This document shows positions 1 to 9,071 of a DNA stretch of 64,000 nt, piece by piece (position 1 is the stretch's first letter; each line of letters begins with the position of its first letter). The DNA is from a virus (lineage: Duplodnaviria > Heunggongvirae > Uroviricota > Caudoviricetes). Below the pieces are notes generated by a model. It saw only the letters and a program-made list of their open reading frames with translations. It did no database searches and was not told where the DNA came from. Where the stretch lies: IMG/VR virus record IMGVR_UViG_3300042400_000444, one strand, 5' to 3'. The position numbers and the translations under genes were made by a program.

Positions 1-57
1 ACCAAGAACCTAAATACCATGTGTATCCAGACCTACGTGAAATTATTATCAAATAGT

Positions 58-86
58 TTGACACGTATAATAATTTCACGTACACT
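58..86 (+). promoter_or_regulatory. sigma70-type promoter upstream of folE
   Basis: TTGACA-N17-TACACT; a TAAATA box also lies at 97-102. Confidence 0.7.
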
Positions 87-161
87 TAATGTAAGATAAA
101 TATTAGTGCTACATAAAGGTAGCAAAATTCACAATTTAAACCATCACAAAGGAAGGTTATC

Positions 162-845
162 ATGTCATACAACAAAACAAAAACAGATCCCGTCTTGGGA
201 CAAGCAGTACACGAACACTTAGTTAAAATGGGAGTAGAAACTCCAACTATTTCAAATGATATTGATCGTAAAGATAAGATTGATAAAATTGAACAGCATT
301 TTACCGCAATTATGCAAACATTAGGGTTAGATTTAACTGATGATAGTTTAGTAGAAACTCCTAAACGTGTTGCTAAAATGTATGTTAACGAAATATTTTG
401 GGGACTCGATTATGAAGCATTTCCAAAGTGCACCACAGTAGAAAACAAAATGAAATACGATGAGATGGTAATTGAACGCAATGTCAATGTCCAATCAAAT
501 TGTGAACATCACTTTGTTGTTATTGATGGGGTGGCTACAGTAGGTTATATTCCGAATCATAAAGTGTTAGGATTAAGTAAAATTAATCGTGTAGTCGAAT
601 ATTTTAGCAAGCGTCCGCAAATACAAGAACGATTAACTGAACAAATTTATCACGCACTACAATACATTCTCGAAACAGATCATATCGGGGTTGTATTAGA
701 TGCACAACATTATTGCGTTAAGTCGCGGGGTGTAGAGGATGTAGGAAGTTCAACAGTTACATCAAAACTTGGCGGTTGTTTTAAAACTGAATCAAGTGTA
801 CGTGCAGAATTTATGAATATTGTCAACAGCTGCAAAGTTCGATAA
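162..845 (+). CDS. folE: GTP cyclohydrolase I
   Basis: ETPKRVAKMY, CEHH, GLSKINR, RPQIQERLT and HYCVKSRGV motifs. Confidence 0.95.
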   Translation: MSYNKTKTDPVLGQAVHEHLVKMGVETPTISNDIDRKDKIDKIEQHFTAIMQTLGLDLTDDSLVETPKRVAKMYVNEIFWGLDYEAFPKCTTVENKMKYDEMVIERNVNVQSNCEHHFVVIDGVATVGYIPNHKVLGLSKINRVVEYFSKRPQIQERLTEQIYHALQYILETDHIGVVLDAQHYCVKSRGVEDVGSSTVTSKLGGCFKTESSVRAEFMNIVNSCKVR

Positions 846-855
846 AGGAATAGAT

Positions 856-1197
856 ATGTTAAAAAGATGGTTAATACGTTTAGCACATAAATGGCAATAC
901 GAATTAGAAGATGAGGCGGTGGCAGAACCCACACAAGTTAGATCTCGAAAAAGATGGTCTAGTGGTGGGGGCGGCAATAGTAGCCCAATTACTAAGCAAC
1001 AACGTGTATCACATAACTACGATGATGAAAATGTTATTTCATTTAAGGTGTACGGGGCGAATGGCGGCAAGATTGTTGAAGCTGGTCGCTACAATGACAA
1101 GCACGATCAAGAACGCATCAAGCTGTACATCATCGACGAGAACGCAGACTTTGCTGAATCATTAAGCAGAATTGTTACAATGGAATATCTGCGATGA
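856..1197 (+). CDS. hypothetical protein
   Basis: ORF with AAGGA SD before ATG 856; stop overlaps the next ATG (ATGA). Confidence 0.7.
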   Translation: MLKRWLIRLAHKWQYELEDEAVAEPTQVRSRKRWSSGGGGNSSPITKQQRVSHNYDDENVISFKVYGANGGKIVEAGRYNDKHDQERIKLYIIDENADFAESLSRIVTMEYLR

Positions 1198-1688
1198 ATA
1201 ATATAGAAAAAGTGTACTATGATGACGTACACATTAAAGAAATGATTGGTAATATCACTATGCAAATGCATCGCGACAATTGGAAGCCCGATTACATTGT
1301 TGGGTTAACACGTGGTGGGTTAATTCCGGCAGTGTATCTAAGTCACTATCTTAATGTTCCAATGGAAACGTTAAAAGTAAGTTTGCGCGATAATGCCGAT
1401 ACTGAAACTAATTGTTGGATGAGCGAGGATGCGTTCAATGGTAAAAATATTCTTATTGTAGACGACATTAACGATACTGGTGCTACATTAGACTGGATTA
1501 TTAATGACTGGCAAAGCAGTTGCTTACCAGATGACCCACATTGGGAACATGTGTGGGGAAATGATGTTAGGATAGCTGTATTAGTTGATAATTTAAGCAG
1601 TAATTTTAGTCGTAAAGTAGACTATTGTGCTAAAGAGATTAACAAAGCAGAAAAAGATGTATGGATTGTTTACCCATGGGAAAGATAG
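1194..1688 (+). CDS. type I purine phosphoribosyltransferase (Gpt/xanthine-guanine PRT-like)
   Basis: IVGLTRGGLIPA, PRPP-binding loop ILIVDDINDTGATL, C-terminal WIVYPWE. Confidence 0.9.
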   Translation: MNNIEKVYYDDVHIKEMIGNITMQMHRDNWKPDYIVGLTRGGLIPAVYLSHYLNVPMETLKVSLRDNADTETNCWMSEDAFNGKNILIVDDINDTGATLDWIINDWQSSCLPDDPHWEHVWGNDVRIAVLVDNLSSNFSRKVDYCAKEINKAEKDVWIVYPWER

Positions 1689-1694
1689 GTTAAT

Positions 1695-2543
1695 ATGAAA
1701 CTTAAAGTTAGTGAGATATTTTATAGTGCGCAAGGTGAAGGACGCTTTATTGGCGTCCCATCGTTGTTTCTGCGTACATTCGGTTGCAACTTTACTTGCG
1801 GTGGCTTTGGTATGCCACGCGGTACAGTTAGTACAGAGCGCAATGTAATTAAAGTAGAACAGTATAAGACGTATAATGACTTACCACTTGTTAATACAGG
1901 GTGCGACAGTTATGCAAGCTGGGATCCCCGATTCAAAAGTTTAAGTCCATTGTTATCCGTAGACGAAACAGTTAAGCAAATGCTTGATGTTGTTCCAAAT
2001 AACAATTGGCAACAAACAAATGGTAATAACGTGCATTTAGTTATTACAGGTGGTGAGCCACTATTAGGTTGGCAACGTGCATTTCCTAAGTTGTTAGCAC
2101 ACGACGATATGTTTAACTTGCTTAACTTAACATTTGAAACAAACGGCACACAAGCATTACATAATGACTTTGCGGCATACTTGAAGTTATGGAAAAGACA
2201 AGCACGTGAGATTACATTTAGTGTAAGTCCAAAGTTAAGTGCGTCTGGTGAATCATGGGAAGATGCTATTAAGCCCGAGATTGTAGCAAGTTATGAGAAG
2301 GTTGGTACAACATATCTCAAGTTTGTTATTGAAACACCGCATGACTTTGATGAAGTTGATCGTGCTGTAATTGCATACAGAAGTGCAGGCTTTACAGGTA
2401 TGGTTTATGTTATGCCAGTTGGTGGTGTTGTTAGCGTATATGATGGTAATAAGTTCCATATCGCAGATGAAGCAATGAAACGTGGTTATTATTACAGTCC
2501 TAGATTACATGTTGATCTGTGGGGCAATTCTTGGGGGAAATGA
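1695..2543 (+). CDS. queE: 7-carboxy-7-deazaguanine synthase (radical SAM)
   Basis: SEIFYSAQGEG, FLRTFGCNFTC...CDS, VITGGEPL, FETNGT, SVSPKL, SPRLHVDLWG; folE and queD nearby. Confidence 0.88.
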   Translation: MKLKVSEIFYSAQGEGRFIGVPSLFLRTFGCNFTCGGFGMPRGTVSTERNVIKVEQYKTYNDLPLVNTGCDSYASWDPRFKSLSPLLSVDETVKQMLDVVPNNNWQQTNGNNVHLVITGGEPLLGWQRAFPKLLAHDDMFNLLNLTFETNGTQALHNDFAAYLKLWKRQAREITFSVSPKLSASGESWEDAIKPEIVASYEKVGTTYLKFVIETPHDFDEVDRAVIAYRSAGFTGMVYVMPVGGVVSVYDGNKFHIADEAMKRGYYYSPRLHVDLWGNSWGK

Positions 2544-2680
2544 TGTTTAAACGATTTATAGCATGGATGAAATATTGGCATGAGACGTTAAGTGATCCAA
2601 CAAATTGGGATGATAGCAACGATCCTTGCCCGTATAAATGTAATTGTGATAAGGACAAAAATAATGTGGAAAAAAATTAA
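2540..2680 (+). CDS. small Cys-containing hypothetical protein (46 aa, absent from ORF track)
   Basis: Read from sequence: MMFKRFIAWMKYWHETLSDPTNWDDSNDPCPYKCNCDKDKNNVEKN; ATGA overlap with the queE stop. Confidence 0.5.
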   Translation: MMFKRFIAWMKYWHETLSDPTNWDDSNDPCPYKCNCDKDKNNVEKN

Positions 2681-3098
2681 AGCAACACTAGGTTTAAACA
2701 AAGCAGAGCTAGCAGAAGCCAAAGCATTGGCCGCAAGCGAAGCAAGAACCAAACGTGCAGAAGCAAAAGCAGATAAAGCGAAAGCAAAAGTTAAGGTGCT
2801 ATCTGCTAAAGATGAAGCAACTAATAAAGGCGAGCCATGGGTAGAAATTATTGGCATGGAGATCGATGAAAAGGACCCAGGGCAAGGTGCGTTTGAACTT
2901 GATTGGAATGATATATTCATTGCCAAGTTGGTTCGTGCAGGCTATCAAGGCAAAACAGATCAAGACATTGTTGATAATTGGTTTAAAACAGTATGCCGCA
3001 ATGTAGTAACCGAAACATACGAACAAGACCAAGCCGACCCAGAGAAACGTGCAAGTCGCAGACGTGACTTAGGTGATGGCAGAACGGAAGTGTCTTAA
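2664..3098 (+). CDS. hypothetical protein (Ala/Lys-rich N-terminus)
   Basis: ORF; likely start MWKKIK at 2664. Confidence 0.7.
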   Translation: MWKKIKATLGLNKAELAEAKALAASEARTKRAEAKADKAKAKVKVLSAKDEATNKGEPWVEIIGMEIDEKDPGQGAFELDWNDIFIAKLVRAGYQGKTDQDIVDNWFKTVCRNVVTETYEQDQADPEKRASRRRDLGDGRTEVS

Positions 3099-3127
3099 TT
3101 GCACTGTAACATTAGAATCGTTATAAT

Positions 3128-3157
3128 GCAAAGAGCATGTTACAATGCTCTTTTTGC
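3128..3157 (+). terminator. intrinsic terminator hairpin
   Basis: AAAGAGCAT-gttaca-ATGCTCTTT followed by a T run. Confidence 0.6.
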
Positions 3158-3186
3158 TTGACAAACATATTAAAAGAAAGTATAAT
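3158..3186 (+). promoter_or_regulatory. consensus sigma70 promoter
   Basis: TTGACA-N17-TATAAT. Confidence 0.85.
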
Positions 3187-3192
3187 TACCAT

Positions 3193-4215
3193 ATGAGATA
3201 CTTAATCGTAGATGCAGCAAACACATTCTTCAGAGCCAGACACAGTGCGCACAGACAAAGTGACACGTGGGATAAACTAGGCTTTGCTATTCATGTTACA
3301 CTAGCAAGTATTAACAAAGCATGGCGTGATCAAAAAGCCGATCATGTTATTGTTTGTTTAGAAGGGCGCAGTTGGCGCAAATCCTTTTATACTCCGTACA
3401 AAGCAAATCGTGCTGTAGCACGTGCCGCTAAGACAGAAGCGGAGCAAGAGGAAGAACAATTATTTTGGGACGCATTTGATGCCTTACAAACTTTCATTAA
3501 AGATAAAACAAATTGTACAGTTCTGCAACACAGTGAGCTTGAAGCAGATGATTTGGTGGCTGGTTGGATTCAATCTCACCCTACAGATCATCATACTATT
3601 GTTTCTAGTGACACTGACTTTTACCAACTATTAAGCGACAATGTTAATCAGTACAATGGTATCAGTGATGAGTTACATACTCTTACCGGTATATACGATA
3701 AGAAAGGTAAGTTAGTTTTAGATAAGAAAACTAAGGAACCTAAAAAGATTCCGGACCCTAAGTTCATTCTGTTTGAAAAATGTGTACGCGGTGACCCAAC
3801 CGATAACATCTTTAGTGCATATCCTGGGGTACGTACTAAAGGTACAAAGAATAAAGTTGGATTAGAAGAAGCATATGGTGATAAAGATAAACAAGGGTAT
3901 GCTTGGAATAACTTAATGCTACAACGCTGGACTGATCATAATGGCACAGAACATAGAGTGTTAGATGATTACAATCGTAATGTTACGTTAGTAGACTTAA
4001 CTGCACAACCATCGATGTATAAACTTTTTATCGAAACAACTATTAAAGCCAATGCAGTTGCACTAAATCGTCCAATGGTAGGGGCACAATTCTTAAAGTT
4101 TTGTGGTAAGTATGACCTAATCAAACTAAGCGAAAATGCTTCTAATATGGCAGAATGGTTGTGTGCTGGTTATCCAGCCGAAGCAGTAACAATGTATCAT
4201 TTAATTAACTCTTAG
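3193..4215 (+). CDS. RNase H / 5'-3' flap exonuclease (T4 rnh-like)
   Basis: YLIVDAAN, SWRK..Y..YKANR, LEADD, IVSSDTDF, GDPTDNI. Confidence 0.9.
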   Translation: MRYLIVDAANTFFRARHSAHRQSDTWDKLGFAIHVTLASINKAWRDQKADHVIVCLEGRSWRKSFYTPYKANRAVARAAKTEAEQEEEQLFWDAFDALQTFIKDKTNCTVLQHSELEADDLVAGWIQSHPTDHHTIVSSDTDFYQLLSDNVNQYNGISDELHTLTGIYDKKGKLVLDKKTKEPKKIPDPKFILFEKCVRGDPTDNIFSAYPGVRTKGTKNKVGLEEAYGDKDKQGYAWNNLMLQRWTDHNGTEHRVLDDYNRNVTLVDLTAQPSMYKLFIETTIKANAVALNRPMVGAQFLKFCGKYDLIKLSENASNMAEWLCAGYPAEAVTMYHLINS

Positions 4216-4225
4216 AAAGTATATT

Positions 4226-4810
4226 TTGATAGAAAAATCACAGAAGTTTTTAGCGTTAGACTTAGAATTAAACCAACCGAGTGGTAAGATCATTCAGGTT
4301 GGTATTGCCATTGGTAGTGCAAATGATAAGTTTGAAAATTACATCATTAAGAAGTGGTATATTGACCCAAAAGAACCAATTAGTGACTTCATTATTGGGT
4401 TAACGGGCATTACTGACCATGACATTAGATTAAATTGCGTAAGTCACGAAACAGTTGCACGTGAGCTTAGTGAGTTGATTAAACAGCACAACACGTGGAT
4501 TAATCCAATCACTTGGGGTGGTGGAGATAGTAGAGAATTGTTAGACGAGTTTTGTAAAAACTATGCAGACTTCCCACACTTTGGTAGACGTTGGATTGAT
4601 ACAAAGACTTGGTATACGTTTATGATGTTTGCACGTGGTAAGAACCCAAGTGGTGGACTATCAAGTGCTATGGGTGCGTTTAAACTGCACTTTAGGGGCA
4701 CTGCACACAGAGCAGATATCGACGCAGTTAATACACTTGCCTTGTTCTTTAAGTTCCTTGAGCGACAACGTGGGCTCGAAAACTTACTACACGATGCAAA
4801 AAGTATATAA
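4226..4810 (+). CDS. DEDDh 3'-5' exonuclease
   Basis: LALDLE, LTGIT, WIDTK, HRADIDA motifs. Confidence 0.85.
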   Translation: MIEKSQKFLALDLELNQPSGKIIQVGIAIGSANDKFENYIIKKWYIDPKEPISDFIIGLTGITDHDIRLNCVSHETVARELSELIKQHNTWINPITWGGGDSRELLDEFCKNYADFPHFGRRWIDTKTWYTFMMFARGKNPSGGLSSAMGAFKLHFRGTAHRADIDAVNTLALFFKFLERQRGLENLLHDAKSI

Positions 4811-5568
4811 TGAAAACTATCTTTGACATTGGAGTCGCCGGCGGATTAGATACATATTTCTATCTGAATAAAGGATTCAATGTAGTTGCAGTCGAAGCAG
4901 ACCCGGATCAAGTTGATGTATTATCAAAACAGTTCGCCACAGAACTTCGAGTCGAGACTTTACAATTAATAAATGCTGTTGCAAGTGATACATTAGGTCA
5001 AGAAATTTCATTCTACAAAGACCCTGTATTTCAATTACAGAGCTCCATTAACCCATTACCAAATTCTGAACGTATAAGCGGACTTACTATAAATTATAGT
5101 GAACTAATTAGTAGGTATTCTGTTCCATATTATTGTAAAATAGATATCGAATCGGCAGATATTATATTTTTAAAATCGATGAAGGGTTTACAATTACCAA
5201 CTTATATTTCAGCAGAAATAGATCATATTAATATCATCGATTCGATGTACGAGTTAGGTTATCGTAAATTCAAATTAATTAATCAATACTATAGCGGCAC
5301 CTTACACATGCAGTATGAATATTATGCAAGATTTGATATAGGTAATAACAATTTCGTTTGTGAAGGAACTCCATTTAATGGGAAATTACCATTATGGTTA
5401 AACGAACATAATCTATTAGAATGGTCTGGATTGTTTGGAACGGAGTTGCCGGGAGAGTGGTTGAATTATAAAGAAATTACACAAATGTATAAACTAATTT
5501 CGTTATTGCAACACAAATTACCACCACATGTTATGGTCGGACATTATGATTGCCATGCTACTGTATAA
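4810..5568 (+). CDS. FkbM-family SAM-dependent methyltransferase
   Basis: IFDIG..G, VVAVEADP, YCKIDIES. Confidence 0.75.
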   Translation: MKTIFDIGVAGGLDTYFYLNKGFNVVAVEADPDQVDVLSKQFATELRVETLQLINAVASDTLGQEISFYKDPVFQLQSSINPLPNSERISGLTINYSELISRYSVPYYCKIDIESADIIFLKSMKGLQLPTYISAEIDHINIIDSMYELGYRKFKLINQYYSGTLHMQYEYYARFDIGNNNFVCEGTPFNGKLPLWLNEHNLLEWSGLFGTELPGEWLNYKEITQMYKLISLLQHKLPPHVMVGHYDCHATV

Positions 5569-5580
5569 ATTAAAATATGC

Positions 5581-5609
5581 TTGACTTTTTCACAAAACCT
5601 AAATATACT
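5581..5609 (+). promoter_or_regulatory. sigma70 promoter
   Basis: TTGACT-N17-TATACT. Confidence 0.75.
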
Positions 5610-5616
5610 ATATATT

Positions 5617-6018
5617 ATGACACGAATTAATTCAAACGTAGATCCAAAAACACTAAAGCGTATGCACTTACTTGCAGAGTTACGCGAGATTACTATGGTA
5701 CCGGCATCACTTAGACGCAGTTTACGCACTAAGTCTAAAGAAGCTGTATTAAAAAGTGTGCCAGCTAACTTTACATTAAATAAAGGTCATGTTACATTCT
5801 TCTACGATAAGCTGGGATTTTTGGAATTGCGATTTATATCACTTGTAGATGAAATGGCTCGTAGAGGATACACCGCCGACTTTAACCGTATTGACGCATT
5901 TGCAGGATTTGACGAAGAATTTTATGGAAATTGGACTGCTACTGATGTAGACAATGCTATTGTACAAGAACGCATTAACTTTCGTATTTCACAAAAACCA
6001 CATTTATATAAGGACTAA
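5617..6018 (+). CDS. denV: pyrimidine-dimer DNA glycosylase / endonuclease V
   Basis: MTRIN start, HLLAELRE, FTLNKGHVTFFYDKL, EMARRGY, ERI..RISQKP. Confidence 0.92.
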   Translation: MTRINSNVDPKTLKRMHLLAELREITMVPASLRRSLRTKSKEAVLKSVPANFTLNKGHVTFFYDKLGFLELRFISLVDEMARRGYTADFNRIDAFAGFDEEFYGNWTATDVDNAIVQERINFRISQKPHLYKD

Positions 6019-6019
6019 C

Positions 6020-6571
6020 ATGGCACACGTAATTGATAAAACATTTGAATTCTGTTATGGACACAGAGTACACACACAAAAACTAAATGGCGAGTATGCG
6101 GCAGACTTAAAGTGTGCCTGCCGTCATTTACACGGACACGAAGGCAAGATGCAAGTGTTCTTAAAAAGCCCAACTAATACATTAGATGCAACTGGTATGG
6201 TTACTGACTTCAGGCATTTGGAATGGTTGAAGAAATGGATTAACGAGTATATCGACCATCAGTTTATGCTTGATGTTAATGACCCGTTGTTTAATCAGCT
6301 TATCGGTAATCGTGTTATGATTCCAGTATACATTCCAGAAACAGATCAGTACGCTGGTAGCATTTTAGATTTAACTGACTTAGAACCAAACACTCCGGAG
6401 TACGAATACTTCGAAGGCTTCTTCATTGTAGACTTTGTTCCTACTAGTGAAAACTTATCGAGTTGGATGGCAGAGTTAGTAGATGCTAAGATGAAGAAAC
6501 TAAATGTAACAGTAGACCGCATTGACTGGTGGGAAACTCCTAAGTCACGCAGTACTTTTATTAGAGGTTAA
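6020..6571 (+). CDS. queD: 6-carboxy-5,6,7,8-tetrahydropterin synthase
   Basis: FCYGHR, C.HLHGH, GMVTDF, DHQ, PTSENL, WETPKS. Confidence 0.88.
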   Translation: MAHVIDKTFEFCYGHRVHTQKLNGEYAADLKCACRHLHGHEGKMQVFLKSPTNTLDATGMVTDFRHLEWLKKWINEYIDHQFMLDVNDPLFNQLIGNRVMIPVYIPETDQYAGSILDLTDLEPNTPEYEYFEGFFIVDFVPTSENLSSWMAELVDAKMKKLNVTVDRIDWWETPKSRSTFIRG

Positions 6572-6572
6572 T

Positions 6573-6935
6573 ATGACTGCAACAGTCTTTATCTTACTAG
6601 CACTATTTGGCGTTAAGCATTTTATTGCTGACTTTTTAATGCAATCTGAATACATGTTACGTGAAAAAGGTACATACGGTGCAGATGGTGGTATACATCA
6701 TGCGGCGTTACATGCTACATTTACTTTATGGATTCTAGTGTTTGTAATAGGAGATGCAAATCTTGCTATTATGTTATCACTAGCAGATGGAGTTATTCAT
6801 TATCATATTGATTGGGCAAAACAACAACTAAATAAAGGTATGAGCCCTGCCGATCGTATGTTTTGGGTTTGGATGGGTGCTGATCAAGGGTTGCATTATT
6901 TGACTTACATTGGAATTATCTATGCAGTTACGTAA
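6573..6935 (+). CDS. DUF3307-like membrane protein
   Basis: HFIADF.MQ, H..LH, HYHIDW.K, DQ.LH in a hydrophobic sequence. Confidence 0.7.
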   Translation: MTATVFILLALFGVKHFIADFLMQSEYMLREKGTYGADGGIHHAALHATFTLWILVFVIGDANLAIMLSLADGVIHYHIDWAKQQLNKGMSPADRMFWVWMGADQGLHYLTYIGIIYAVT

Positions 6936-7671
6936 CTTCTTATATGAGTGGAAGTTTGCATTATTCAATACGCTGATTTATTCACTGTTCATTACAAGTC
7001 TGTTCTATGTAACAGGCAGTCAGGTAGCATGGTTGCTTGCGTGGGGCTGGTTGTGCAGTACATTAGGTAATAGTGTACTGTTACATAGATATTACACCCA
7101 TAAACAATTTAAATTAAACAAAATAACAGAATATATGTTATTACCATTTGCCATTATAATTGGTATCGGTAGTCCAATCATGTATGCTATTTTACATCGA
7201 CAGCATCATAACCTGTGTGATGAGGTAGGTGACCCGCATAGTCCAACTAAGTTAGGTATGTTTACTGTAGTATTTGGATTGTGGGAGTTCTTTCCGACCA
7301 GTTACTTTTTAAAACTTAATCCACCTATGCCCAGAGATCTTGTAACAAAGCCAATGCATCGTTTTATACATGATAATTATTACCTAATTTGGATTAGTGC
7401 GCTAAGTGTATGTGCAGTTATTAATTGGCATGTTGCTATCGCATTGTTTAGTTGGGCGGCTATATACCAAAAAGTGTGGGAAAATACAGTCGTAAATGGC
7501 ATTTGTCATCCCGGACCAGATATCAAAGACTGGAAAATCTTCGGGTTTGTTACCGGTGGAGAAAGTATGCAGAAGTTTCATCATGAATATCAAACAGAAG
7601 TAAAGTTATCAGACAGTTGGTTAGTTGACCCTGGTTATCCAATAGTACAATTAATTAAAGATAGAGACTAA
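6922..7671 (+). CDS. membrane fatty-acid desaturase-like protein
   Basis: HRYYTH, HRQHH...DPHSP, N.ICH, GGES.QKFHH; TM segments. Confidence 0.8.
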   Translation: MQLRNFLYEWKFALFNTLIYSLFITSLFYVTGSQVAWLLAWGWLCSTLGNSVLLHRYYTHKQFKLNKITEYMLLPFAIIIGIGSPIMYAILHRQHHNLCDEVGDPHSPTKLGMFTVVFGLWEFFPTSYFLKLNPPMPRDLVTKPMHRFIHDNYYLIWISALSVCAVINWHVAIALFSWAAIYQKVWENTVVNGICHPGPDIKDWKIFGFVTGGESMQKFHHEYQTEVKLSDSWLVDPGYPIVQLIKDRD

Positions 7672-7672
7672 T

Positions 7673-8239
7673 ATGACAGAACAATATAAAAGATTTTGCC
7701 AATATCAAAAAACATGTAGTGGAGCCAAAACTTGTGAAGGTCCAATACTTAATTTGCTAGCACGAACTATTGTAAAGAATAAGTGCTGGGTTGTTGAGAA
7801 CGATGGCACCAAAGTTGCTACTATTCTCGCTAATGGCAGCGGCAACGGAGTTACGTTAGTACACGGCGATGGTGAACAAAGAGAACGGTTTGGTAGTTTA
7901 AAATTGCTTAGTGATCGTTACAATATTGTTATTGATAAGACTAAAGTAGCCAAAGTAGCCAAAGAATCACATGACGTATATGGTTATCCTTGCGAGAATA
8001 AACCACAAAATGCGCTGTGGGACGTACAGCATAAACTACCTGTGTTTACTAAAGGTAGCAAAAGCAAAAGTTTCTTCTGTGCCGGCTATTATATTGTACA
8101 ATTCAATAATGGGTGGGTTAAAAGCTATTGTCCTAAGTTGATTACCCTGAATCGTTATCCTTATCAAGGCCCATATAAAACCCAGGAAGAAAGAAATATT
8201 CAATTGAAGATAGCAAATGGAGGTCATGATGAAAGTTAA
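7673..8239 (+). CDS. hypothetical phage protein
   Basis: 188-aa ORF in operon. Confidence 0.7.
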   Translation: MTEQYKRFCQYQKTCSGAKTCEGPILNLLARTIVKNKCWVVENDGTKVATILANGSGNGVTLVHGDGEQRERFGSLKLLSDRYNIVIDKTKVAKVAKESHDVYGYPCENKPQNALWDVQHKLPVFTKGSKSKSFFCAGYYIVQFNNGWVKSYCPKLITLNRYPYQGPYKTQEERNIQLKIANGGHDES

Positions 8240-8513
8240 TTTAATTCAAGAACATAGTACCAATTCAGAATCTGAAATTAAATTTGTCTATAAATTAGGT
8301 TCGTTATGGGAAAGAGAACATTGTATAAAACCCAACAAAGGTATAATGTTTTTATTTGCAGATAGCGAAGGTAATACAGTATTCTGCAAGTGGATGGCAT
8401 CAAAGGGGATTACTGCCCAAATTAATAATTACGGAGATGTCGGTTCCCGAATCGGGAGTGTGGTGACCATAGATGATTCTCCCGAATTAACTAAATTACT
8501 ATTGGAATCGTAA
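8226..8513 (+). CDS. hypothetical protein
   Basis: ORF with GGAGG SD; TAATG coupling to the next gene. Confidence 0.6.
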   Translation: MMKVNLIQEHSTNSESEIKFVYKLGSLWEREHCIKPNKGIMFLFADSEGNTVFCKWMASKGITAQINNYGDVGSRIGSVVTIDDSPELTKLLLES

Positions 8514-8731
8514 TGGAGAATCAACTTAGTCTGCATCTAAAAGCATTTAACAATCGTGTTAAGGTAATGAATCAAACTAACAGTAAAGACTTAACATTGT
8601 CTGCGTTAGATGTACGCAATTTACATAATGATATATTTGAATTACTTGCACAGATTGCAGCATTAACTGCAATTAAAGAAGCAGAAGAAAATGATATAAT
8701 AAAAATTGAAATGGATGGTGGCGGTTTTTAG
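8513..8731 (+). CDS. hypothetical protein
   Basis: 72-aa ORF coupled to upstream stop. Confidence 0.65.
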   Translation: MENQLSLHLKAFNNRVKVMNQTNSKDLTLSALDVRNLHNDIFELLAQIAALTAIKEAEENDIIKIEMDGGGF

Positions 8732-8756
8732 CAATTATATATGTAGTTAATTGGCA

Positions 8757-8762
8757 TAAATA
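8757..8762 (+). promoter_or_regulatory. putative late promoter (TAAATA box)
   Basis: ATAAATA in an intergenic gap, followed by SD and ATG 8782; resembles the T4-type late box TATAAATA. Confidence 0.45.
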
Positions 8763-8781
8763 AACATAGTAAGGATACTTT

Positions 8782-9069
8782 ATGTCAAGACCAAAGCCAG
8801 TTGTACTATTAGAGCACGTTAACAAAACAAATTATAAAAGTGATCAGATTCTGAATTCAGAAGGTATCTGGGCAGTATACTTTGACAACCAACCAATCAA
8901 TCTAAAAACACAAAACATACTTGTAGCCTATCCTGGCCCAAAGTATAAGAAAGTTTCGTTTAGTAATCCCGGTCACGCAATCAATCTCGCTAAGAAACTT
9001 AATGCACTGTTTAAGTCAGACAAGTTTTCAGTTGTATTACTTAAAGCAGGCGAAACTATCTATCCATAA
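8782..9069 (+). CDS. hypothetical phage protein
   Basis: 95-aa ORF with AAGGA SD. Confidence 0.7.
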   Translation: MSRPKPVVLLEHVNKTNYKSDQILNSEGIWAVYFDNQPINLKTQNILVAYPGPKYKKVSFSNPGHAINLAKKLNALFKSDKFSVVLLKAGETIYP

Positions 9070-9071
9070 TC

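Noticed and set aside
3099-3127. Second sigma70-like promoter TTGCAC-N17-TATAAT
   Set aside because: Its start would fall inside the terminator hairpin and a perfect promoter lies 60 nt downstream, so no separate function can be supported
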